DNA of 64,000 nucleotides, from the IMG/VR virus record IMGVR_UViG_3300036761_001580, positions 133,198-197,197 of that record; one strand, given 5' to 3'. The notes beneath the pieces were generated by a model. The model did no database searches, had not been told where the DNA came from, and saw only the letters and a program-made list of their open reading frames with translations. Shown piece after piece: positions 37,033 through 45,265 of the stretch (its first letter is position 1; each line of letters starts with the position of its first letter). This DNA is from a virus. Made by a program: the position numbers and the translations under genes.

Positions 37033-38031
37033 TCAGTATCCTTCCCCGAGACCTTTGGTCTCACCGTCAGGAGTCGCGAGCTGAGCGTCGTTGATGAGCG
37101 ACAACTCCAAGCCCGCCTGGGTGCTGGCAATGGATTTCATGCCGTACACGTAGTAGTATTTGTATGCGCTCGGGCTCGCGACCACGCTGTTCGCAACCAC
37201 AGAGACATCAACAGAACCTTCGTACGCAGCAAACTGCCATGTCACATCCCGGCTCGCAGTCACGCGCCCCCGCATCCTCCGGTCGCCAACGACCACAGTG
37301 TCGTGCACGGGCTGGTTCTGAAAAACAGCGAAGGGGCGGTAGTAGAACCACTCGACCCGGGTGACGCTGGCATCGTACGAAGCTGCCAAGTTCCTAGAGG
37401 ACATCCGGAAGTACGCCGGAGTCGACAGGAATCCGGGCAGACGGCAGACGACCGAGCCATTCGCGATGAAGTAGAGATCCGAGTTGTACCTCAGGATCTT
37501 GAAAACAGAGAGCCCCGTCGTCCACGACAACGGGCTCTTCAGCTCGTCCGACTTCACCCCACCCACCCAGGCCTCGCAGTAGAGCTTCAAGACGCCGAAC
37601 TTGTCCAGACGCACGTACATCTCCGCGTAGTTCGTGGCGTTGATCCATAGAGTCAAAGCGAAGACGTCGACATCAGACAACGGCAAGGACGCCGGGTTGG
37701 AGATAACCACCCGAGCTTCTCCTTGCGTGGAGCCCCACAACATCACAGACTCGATCCCCGCGGTAGAGCCTGGAACCGCTCCGGTGAACAGCTCCAGGTG
37801 GTAGGCCCCCGTCGAAACGGACCCTCCTACGGACACGTCTAGCCACTTCACAGGATCCAAAACCAAGCCCGTGAAATAATCGTCCCACTGACGGGGATCG
37901 AATCCTGTTCCCGTGATGACGAAGGCGTTCCCCCCCGGAGCGGGACCTTCAATAGGGTTCACCGCACTGATCGTGGTGTCGGGCCCGTAGAGAACGCCCG
38001 TGCCGTACTTGAACAGTGAGTAGTAACCCAT
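37033..38031 (-). CDS. baseplate/tail-fibre-associated protein (~332 aa, start trimmed to MGYYSLF)
   Basis: Position immediately downstream of the baseplate J-like gene (P2 gpI-like slot). Gly/Thr/Ser/Val-rich beta-type composition. Confidence 0.45.
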   Translation of the reverse strand: MGYYSLFKYGTGVLYGPDTTISAVNPIEGPAPGGNAFVITGTGFDPRQWDDYFTGLVLDPVKWLDVSVGGSVSTGAYHLELFTGAVPGSTAGIESVMLWGSTQGEARVVISNPASLPLSDVDVFALTLWINATNYAEMYVRLDKFGVLKLYCEAWVGGVKSDELKSPLSWTTGLSVFKILRYNSDLYFIANGSVVCRLPGFLSTPAYFRMSSRNLAASYDASVTRVEWFYYRPFAVFQNQPVHDTVVVGDRRMRGRVTASRDVTWQFAAYEGSVDVSVVANSVVASPSAYKYYYVYGMKSIASTQAGLELSLINDAQLATPDGETKGLGEGY

Positions 38032-38042
38032 GGCACCGCCCT

Positions 38043-39473
38043 CTACGACACGAGGCTGATGATGAGATCCGCCGCTTCCAAGTAGGCGTAGTCCATCGGA
38101 CCAATCAGGATGTCCCCCACCCCGGTCCCACCCTTGACCGCCAAGGTGACGTACACCCAATTGTCCACACCGCTAACGGACGCGACCTGAGCGTCGATGT
38201 CGAACTCCTCAACATCCATCCCAAGTTTCAACGAATTGATGTATGTGAGAACCTTGTCCCTAACGGAACCCAGAATAGTAGTCGGGTTGCCAGAACCAAC
38301 CTTCAATTCTGCCTCAACGACAATGCTCTTTTTCTGAGCCCAGCGATACAGCACATCGGAACCCATGACGAGGTACACGGGCTGTTTATACAGCGCCGTA
38401 ACGATATTGATCATCGCGTTGTATTGGTATACAATTCTCAAAGGAGCATTCAAAGCAGGGGCTGCCCCTCCGATGAGGAACCGGATCCCATCTCGGCCCC
38501 GGTTGCTGTAGGCGTAGATCCCCTCCCCGGTCACAACCTCGTAGTCGACCCCTTCGGTATAGTAGGTGGGCCCACTGGAGACAGCCGTAACCGAGATGAG
38601 CGGTTGCTTGGGAAGAGGAACCAGCTCACGCACACCTCGGTAGTAGGTGTCGTAGGTATCAGTAGCTGGAGCTGTAGACTTGATCCAGACATCTGACGCT
38701 CCCGCATCTTCAGATTGACGCTCCAAGTTTGGATCAGCCCCATAGACAACGTGGCTGTCTTCAATATTGCTCATCAAGTTCAATGCAAACGCTTTGAGTC
38801 CTGTAGGAGTGGCCTCCTGATTTCCTGTAATACGAGTCTGATACCGAATCGCCAGGTCAGAGTTCGTCTCCAACCCACGGCCTGTCGTAGTAGCTGACTT
38901 GTTCGTAACGTACTCGAAATCTGGAAACGACCGACGAAACTGGGTGATCGTGTAGGCCCCAACCATGGTGTTTCCGCCAGCAACCACGCTCACCGCGGCA
39001 ACATCGATCTCGTACCGTTGAGTCTGAACATTGTAGTACGATGACGGGGACACGGTCAATGGGCCGTACATAGTCTTCGTCTCGATTGTCCGGAAATTGA
39101 CAACCTGTCCAGTCTTCGGGTCCGTTTTAGTTGCCAACGGAAAATTCAAAGGGACTGTAATATCCGCAGAAGGAGGAAGCAATCGAGAAAAAGTAACGAC
39201 CGTATAGGAGGGGGAGCCCGTCCACCTAACCACGTTCTCGTTATAAACAAAAGCATCCAGATCCTCAGGATTGAAGGTCCCTGCATTCTGCATGCTCAAC
39301 AGTTGGCTGAGATACACGATGTTATCGTGAATACCCTTCATGACCTCGGACGGCGGGGTGATGTACAGGTCTCTGATCGGACCGATGTAAGTGTCAATAG
39401 TCTCATCACGAGACGCAATTCCGTTAGAAATAAGGTCCTCGAACTGGGCTACGGTTCTTCGCTGAATGACCAT
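38043..39473 (-). CDS. baseplate J-like protein (Mu gp47 / P2 gpJ / T4 gp6-like wedge)
   Basis: 476 aa. Synteny (after the gpW-like small gene, before fibre genes) and size. Call is from context plus general similarity, not a hard motif. Confidence 0.5.
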   Translation of the reverse strand: MVIQRRTVAQFEDLISNGIASRDETIDTYIGPIRDLYITPPSEVMKGIHDNIVYLSQLLSMQNAGTFNPEDLDAFVYNENVVRWTGSPSYTVVTFSRLLPPSADITVPLNFPLATKTDPKTGQVVNFRTIETKTMYGPLTVSPSSYYNVQTQRYEIDVAAVSVVAGGNTMVGAYTITQFRRSFPDFEYVTNKSATTTGRGLETNSDLAIRYQTRITGNQEATPTGLKAFALNLMSNIEDSHVVYGADPNLERQSEDAGASDVWIKSTAPATDTYDTYYRGVRELVPLPKQPLISVTAVSSGPTYYTEGVDYEVVTGEGIYAYSNRGRDGIRFLIGGAAPALNAPLRIVYQYNAMINIVTALYKQPVYLVMGSDVLYRWAQKKSIVVEAELKVGSGNPTTILGSVRDKVLTYINSLKLGMDVEEFDIDAQVASVSGVDNWVYVTLAVKGGTGVGDILIGPMDYAYLEAADLIISLVS

Positions 39474-39476
39474 GGT

Positions 39477-39911
39477 CTACCTCGTCGTCCCGCCCAAGGC
39501 GAAGTTCGGCAGGTTCCCTACCGAGAAGAAGTCCACACGCCACCTGAAAACCCGAGGATCGGTCGTGTCCCCCCAGATCTGAACCGGAGAAAAATCATCC
39601 AAAAGTTCTTTAAAGGTGCGCCGACTATATTGGAAGTTACGTTGCACGTATCGATAACGGTCCAGAGCATCTTTCACAAGCATCTGAAACTGGAACATCA
39701 GCGGCGTGGATCCCACTGGCGAAGGCTCTCCGTCAGTGGAACGACCAACAGCCTGCCTAAGGCTGGCCCCCAAACCACTTGGCCGTATATCCGTAGTCAA
39801 GATCATCCGACACTCTTGTTTGAGCTTATCAAGATCCGTAACTCTGTCGTAACCGTTGTTCGAAAATTTCCGAACCACATCCCCATTCACTACTTTTAGG
39901 GTCCAGCTCAT
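39477..39911 (-). CDS. small baseplate protein (gpW/gp25-like slot), 144 aa
   Basis: Position between the spike/hub genes and the J-like gene. Size typical of a baseplate wedge subunit. Confidence 0.35.
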   Translation of the reverse strand: MSWTLKVVNGDVVRKFSNNGYDRVTDLDKLKQECRMILTTDIRPSGLGASLRQAVGRSTDGEPSPVGSTPLMFQFQMLVKDALDRYRYVQRNFQYSRRTFKELLDDFSPVQIWGDTTDPRVFRWRVDFFSVGNLPNFALGGTTR

Positions 39912-39912
39912 C

Positions 39913-40413
39913 TTACGGCACCACCGATGCTGCTTCCATCTTGGCCCAATATATCGCGTCGTCGATGGACTCTACCAGTGCGACCAACTCGTTCTTGATC
40001 CCCTCCCAGTACTGAAAGAGGACCTCTACTTCGTCCATGAAGGATAGCACATTTTTGTAGCGTTCCCTATAGATGCTCAGAGCCGCTACAGAGAGGTCAA
40101 AAATCTGCAACGCAGGGTCCGTAATGAGCTGGTAAAACTCCGGGCACAGCTCCTTAAAAGGCCCTCCGGGTATGGCCGTCAGCGCGTTTCTGATCGTGTC
40201 AATGATGGCTTGAACGATGGCCCAAGCTGCCTCCTCGATGGCCTTCAGGATGTCGAGTTGGGAGAGTAAGGCTTTCAAGAGCTGGACCTGGAGGTCGATG
40301 AACTGGATGATCGCGAGTAGTATCGCCTTCAGAGCCTCCAGAAGAGGAGCGACTTGGGCGTACAGCCACTCCAGGATGCACTTCGCGATGGTTCCGCCTA
40401 CAGTGAAGGCCAT
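39913..40413 (-). CDS. hypothetical tail/baseplate protein, 166 aa
   Basis: Track ORF, tight spacing in the operon, helical composition. Confidence 0.4.
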   Translation of the reverse strand: MAFTVGGTIAKCILEWLYAQVAPLLEALKAILLAIIQFIDLQVQLLKALLSQLDILKAIEEAAWAIVQAIIDTIRNALTAIPGGPFKELCPEFYQLITDPALQIFDLSVAALSIYRERYKNVLSFMDEVEVLFQYWEGIKNELVALVESIDDAIYWAKMEAASVVP

Positions 40414-40420
40414 GTTTCAC

Positions 40421-41890
40421 CTACAACGTCATCGACTTCGTCGACAACGATCCACTCAAAGCGGCAGCAAGAGCCGTTGCCGCAGCCGCCAGGGCCGTGA
40501 ACTGAGCAGTCCCCGGTAGGAACACCGGGATCGCTGCCAGGGCCGTAAAAGCCGTGCTGGAGGCCGCAAGGTACGCCGCCAGCGCCGCGTTGAACGTCGT
40601 CCCCTTGATCAAGGGCTCGGACGCTCCGATCCCGAGCAGCATCAATGGAGAGTCCAGAGTCAAGGGACCGCCCACGCACGACATCACGCAAGGGCTCGCC
40701 CCCAGGGAGATCGAGGGGGCCGCCAGCGCGATGGACGCCGCCTTCAGGGTCATCGCCGCCGCGGCCGTCAGGTCCATCGTAGCGCCCGCAGTGGCACTCC
40801 AGGCTCCGGCCACCGTGAAGTCCATCTTCCCACCCACCTTCAGGCTGTAGTCGATTCCGACGTCCAAGGCGTACGTCGTAGTGGTTTTCCAGTTGACCAT
40901 CGTGTTCAGAACGGTCCAGGTCGAGGCCGGCGTGAACCACTGGAGCCCTACGGCCGTCTTGGCTGACACACCCCAGTTCCCCAGGTTGTCGGTCATCTCC
41001 ATCCACATGGGAACCATGCCCGAGGCGTCATCCATGACCTCCCGGAGGATCCTGACTCCGGTGCCTGTGAGAGCTACCGCGAGATCCGGAGAGAAGGTCG
41101 CTGGAGGCACGATCTGTGCCGTCAGGTCGTCGACCACCTCACCTTCAGAGGTGCGCACCATGATCTGACCCGCAGGGAATGGGATCGTTGCTCTCTTAAC
41201 GTAGTGAGTGTGCTCCTGTGCCACGCTGCCGAACATCACGTCATAGACTGGCATCTCCGAAGTATCAACAGGAGTCAAAAGACGCTTCACAGAGCCCGAC
41301 CTCGACTCCGAGGCCCCACCGTAGCGCTGATGGATGAGATCCGACTGGAGGGTCACTTCGTTCCGGGGCTTGTCCAGTGTGATCGAGTGCGATCCGGCTG
41401 TCAGTGAGATGCGGTCACCCATGTAAAACGCGCAGCCCCTCGCGCTCTTGAAACTCCAGTCTCCTGGACGGAGACGCTTACCCGAAGCATCACCCCAGCC
41501 GATCCCCCCACGGTCCTCGGTGCTGTCGTCAAGACGCTTCATAACGCGAAAGTCCACAGTGCTGTATCCAAGGGCGTGAGCCTTACCCTTGGTATCGAAC
41601 GCCACAAGGATGACGTCATCCAGCTGCGGACAATAAACACCCCAGGAAAATCTCAAATAATTTTTATCAGTATCACCCTCCTGCGTAGGAGCAGAAAATC
41701 CTATGAGGGGGATAGGTATCGTACGAGGATCTCCACCATCAAGAAACACTACACCAACGGTACCCTCCTCCAGATGCAAATCCTTCACCTGCACCTTGTG
41801 TATTGTAGAGTAATACTCCCGGTGTAGACGACGGTCTTCCAGAATCGAAGAAGTAGCCGGATTCGTATTTATACGCCCACAACCACCCAT
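40421..41890 (-). CDS. baseplate central spike / hub protein (gpV/VgrG-like), 489 aa
   Basis: Position in the Mu-like order. C-terminal Ala/Thr/Leu/Ser-rich repetitive tail (TAGATMDLTAAAAMTLKAASIALAAPS..) typical of spike C-termini. Confidence 0.4.
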   Translation of the reverse strand: MGGCGRINTNPATSSILEDRRLHREYYSTIHKVQVKDLHLEEGTVGVVFLDGGDPRTIPIPLIGFSAPTQEGDTDKNYLRFSWGVYCPQLDDVILVAFDTKGKAHALGYSTVDFRVMKRLDDSTEDRGGIGWGDASGKRLRPGDWSFKSARGCAFYMGDRISLTAGSHSITLDKPRNEVTLQSDLIHQRYGGASESRSGSVKRLLTPVDTSEMPVYDVMFGSVAQEHTHYVKRATIPFPAGQIMVRTSEGEVVDDLTAQIVPPATFSPDLAVALTGTGVRILREVMDDASGMVPMWMEMTDNLGNWGVSAKTAVGLQWFTPASTWTVLNTMVNWKTTTTYALDVGIDYSLKVGGKMDFTVAGAWSATAGATMDLTAAAAMTLKAASIALAAPSISLGASPCVMSCVGGPLTLDSPLMLLGIGASEPLIKGTTFNAALAAYLAASSTAFTALAAIPVFLPGTAQFTALAAAATALAAALSGSLSTKSMTL

Positions 41891-41897
41891 GACAACC

Positions 41898-44456
41898 TCA
41901 GTAGAAAGCGTCCGGATCCTTAGGAGCCGACTGCTTCGAAATATAGGGTTTTTTACTTGTCAGTAAGGCCGCATAACTGAAAGGCATATCCCCTCCAAAA
42001 TGACGGAACACCTCCATCCTGTTTCCTCCGGGCTGAAGCTCTCCCTTCCACCCACGAGCGTAATTCACGTTGACCGCAGTGTCACAAGAGCTGTTGACAG
42101 CAATGCTATGCTGGCAGCTCACGATGTTCGCCACGTAGTTCCTCTGCCTCCAGTATAGAGGTCGGTTCACCATCAATCCGAAGTGCGGCAGGATCTGTAT
42201 ATTCAAGGACCTTGCCTCGGAGTTAGACCTACGGAGATCGATAGCGGCGAAGACCGCAGCCGCCTCATCGGTCACCACCTCCGTCCAAGGGCTCTTCTCA
42301 GAGGCAGGTCGGAAACCCAAGAGACCGGCCAGCTCGGGGGCTATCACGAACTGGGTATGCCGCGTGTCTCGGTTGTTCAGATCTTGTCCCTGTTTCGCGA
42401 TATTCCCTGGGGTACACCTCGCTACGGTTTTTAAACCGCTGTCACTCACTGCGTTGCTGAAGCCGTAGGTCTCATGCTTGTCTATAGTGAAATATGCCCC
42501 GTAGTTCATCTCCCCACCGTCGGTCAGGGAGGCATAACGAGTGGAGCCCGACTCAAAGGCATGCTCGGATCCGTAGCCCTCAGTGAGAAGACTGAGGTCC
42601 GAAGACATCTGCATCATCTCGTAGATCTGGTCTTCCGTGTATTTGGTACTACCCTCAGCCCACCCCTGCAAGTTCTCCCGCGCAGTCTGAATCGCGGATT
42701 CGATGTCCGCGTTGCTAACGGTAGCCCCTTCGTAATCGAACATCCAAGGGTCGAAATCGTAGAAAGGCATCTCGAAGACGAGATCACCCTTGGGAGTGGC
42801 GTAGAAGCAGAACTGGATCTGATCCGCTGCATCGTACAGAAAAGTAAGACGATCCTTGAACTCGGAGTGCAAGCCGCCCCCGGCCCCGGCCATCATCTCA
42901 TTCAGAACTCCCGAAGCAGTACCCATTGCCAGCCCCGAGGGCGCGACATAGAATACACGGCCCCCGCCAACGGGGTAGTCCTCTTCGTGCTGCCCAATCT
43001 GAGTGATAATGTCGTAAGGTGTCGTCATCTGCGACTTGTAGGCCTGGGCGGCTGCGGTCTTCCCCATGATCTCCGGATCCTTAGAAGTGACTCGATGGTG
43101 GATGTAATCGTTCAGTTTCCGGAGTTCGGCAACATCGAGATGCTCACCACCCATAGATTCTTCCAAGGACCACCCAAGACGGGCGGCCTCCAGCATCGTG
43201 GGAGGAGGACTTCCAAGGAATATAGCATGAACGCCGTACTTCTCGTTCTTCCTCTTGAACATCGCCTCTCCGCGAGGATTACAGATCGGCGGAAGATTAG
43301 CGCCAGTAAGCCGATTGAGCTTATAACCCTCCAGATACTGCTTCAAGAGCTTCGTATTCTCTGTGGGGCTCAACGCCGCGATCTCATCGGCGCTCATACC
43401 AGTTGCGGTATTCATCAAGTAGATGTTACCTTCCGCGGTACTCATGAACGCAAGGGCGTAATCAGTCATCTCGGAAAGGGTTCCCCTATAGGAGTCCAGA
43501 CCGAAGAAGAGGAGTTCCAAAATCTCATACACGGAGAAATAAGCAAACAGCTCCTGATATGGCACCCAGTTTATGGAACCAACGTTCTGGAAAATCGGGA
43601 ACAGAGCGGCCATCGCAGGATCAAGAACCGCATCGACATTCATCTGGAAGAAGGAGTACCGCGCCAGCTTGGACACGTCAGTACCCGAGATAGTAACAAC
43701 AGACTCCTGGTTCACCCCGCGGTCCTCCACAAAACCATCCACGAAGCCAGCGAACATCCAATACCAAACAGTGGGACTAAATGGATCCCTGAACGCGATC
43801 CTGATGGGGTCATTGGGATGGAAAATGCAATCGCCTTCAGTGAGGGGATACACATACCGCGCAGTGGTGTCCCCCTCGAAGACGTTTTGGTACATAGGAT
43901 CGTCTTTTTTGTCCGCATAGAGTTCATCCCATTTCGGAATGATAACACTGGACTTCTTGGCAAGGACTACCGGCTTGATGGTCGCAGGCACGGATCCGTA
44001 CGTCCAGTTGTTTCCGCCCTGCGCGGTTTTCAATTTTTTATAAAAGTCATCTACCACCCCGGCCATCTCCGCCGATTGCTCAGAATTCATGTACTTCTGC
44101 ATATACTTGTACACTTCAGCAGGATCTTCACCAGCATTGTCCGCCTGAAAACGTTGCGTGCTCATATAAGCAGTCTGGTTCTGTCCCAGGGTAGTCGCCA
44201 GCCAGTCTCGACTACTGGCGATCACCGTCATGTCCATGTGGTCCAAGATGTACTTGTCACCCATGTTAGCCAGAGCGATAGTGCACGTCCCCGGGGACCG
44301 ATCCATGCTTCCACCGGATTGATTCACCCTGACTTCAATGACGTCCCCGGACACTTCTTGCCCATAGATGAAAACACGAAAAGCCGGGAACGCTGCACGG
44401 TAGATCCCTTCCTGGGATGAGGTTCCAGTAGCCTGATTTTTCAATATACCGTCCAT
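41898..44456 (-). CDS. large tail/baseplate hub-associated structural protein, 852 aa
   Basis: Located between the tape-measure genes and the spike (the Mu P/Q slot). No catalytic motif recognised. Confidence 0.45.
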   Translation of the reverse strand: MDGILKNQATGTSSQEGIYRAAFPAFRVFIYGQEVSGDVIEVRVNQSGGSMDRSPGTCTIALANMGDKYILDHMDMTVIASSRDWLATTLGQNQTAYMSTQRFQADNAGEDPAEVYKYMQKYMNSEQSAEMAGVVDDFYKKLKTAQGGNNWTYGSVPATIKPVVLAKKSSVIIPKWDELYADKKDDPMYQNVFEGDTTARYVYPLTEGDCIFHPNDPIRIAFRDPFSPTVWYWMFAGFVDGFVEDRGVNQESVVTISGTDVSKLARYSFFQMNVDAVLDPAMAALFPIFQNVGSINWVPYQELFAYFSVYEILELLFFGLDSYRGTLSEMTDYALAFMSTAEGNIYLMNTATGMSADEIAALSPTENTKLLKQYLEGYKLNRLTGANLPPICNPRGEAMFKRKNEKYGVHAIFLGSPPPTMLEAARLGWSLEESMGGEHLDVAELRKLNDYIHHRVTSKDPEIMGKTAAAQAYKSQMTTPYDIITQIGQHEEDYPVGGGRVFYVAPSGLAMGTASGVLNEMMAGAGGGLHSEFKDRLTFLYDAADQIQFCFYATPKGDLVFEMPFYDFDPWMFDYEGATVSNADIESAIQTARENLQGWAEGSTKYTEDQIYEMMQMSSDLSLLTEGYGSEHAFESGSTRYASLTDGGEMNYGAYFTIDKHETYGFSNAVSDSGLKTVARCTPGNIAKQGQDLNNRDTRHTQFVIAPELAGLLGFRPASEKSPWTEVVTDEAAAVFAAIDLRRSNSEARSLNIQILPHFGLMVNRPLYWRQRNYVANIVSCQHSIAVNSSCDTAVNVNYARGWKGELQPGGNRMEVFRHFGGDMPFSYAALLTSKKPYISKQSAPKDPDAFY

Positions 44457-44467
44457 CTAGGTCTCCG

Positions 44468-45247
44468 CTACTCAAGCTCATTGAAGAATTGGGTCCCCAA
44501 CGAGAGTGAAATGTACCTAAAAATATCATCCATGGATGGCATCGTCTCCGTCGCCACGAAGCTGAACGAGTAGTTCTTACTAAACGGGTTGGACGCATCG
44601 TCCGTGAATTCCAAAACCCGGTCAAAATACCCAATGAATGTAATCATGGCGTTACCTAAGATAGGGCTCGTATACATAAAGTAGGACTTATTCGGAATTC
44701 CGGAAAACGGATCTATCACGGGTTCCCGCGTCATGCTGTATAGATTCCAGAAGTTCAGCAACTTCGAAGCACCCGCCAAAGTCTCTACATCAAGGCCCTC
44801 CTGCTTCGTCTGCGATTTCAAAAAGTCACGGAGCCTCTTGGTCTGCTTGGAGACCACACTGTTTCGTTGCATCCCCGTCCTGATATTTATGTTCCCCGTA
44901 CTTCCCGAGAACGCTATATTGATAACGTCGTTGTTCCGACCCTTCGCATTGGTCCAGTGAAAAAACACCGCGCCAGACTGAGTGTCCCTCCTGGTGATCC
45001 TCTTGTTCTGCGTAAAGGTCACCGTCTCGGGGTTCATCTTCATACGCACAGGATCGATGTCGTTCCGAGTCCTGTGATCCGAACTGAAGACAAAAGGAAC
45101 CCGGTAAGACACATCCTCGTAGGGATTAAGAATTCGCTCAAGTATACGCTCAGCAGAAGGGGCTTGGATCCCATTGCTAGTACCGAAGGCCTCCATCATG
45201 TTCTTCCAAAATTGTTGCTTCGTAATAGCCATGTATACACCTATCAA
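44468..45247 (-). CDS. tail protein, 259 aa (unassigned)
   Basis: Track ORF directly downstream of the tape-measure paralog cluster. Confidence 0.45.
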   Translation of the reverse strand: MIGVYMAITKQQFWKNMMEAFGTSNGIQAPSAERILERILNPYEDVSYRVPFVFSSDHRTRNDIDPVRMKMNPETVTFTQNKRITRRDTQSGAVFFHWTNAKGRNNDVINIAFSGSTGNINIRTGMQRNSVVSKQTKRLRDFLKSQTKQEGLDVETLAGASKLLNFWNLYSMTREPVIDPFSGIPNKSYFMYTSPILGNAMITFIGYFDRVLEFTDDASNPFSKNYSFSFVATETMPSMDDIFRYISLSLGTQFFNELE

Positions 45248-45265
45248 ACCCCGCCGGAGGCAGGG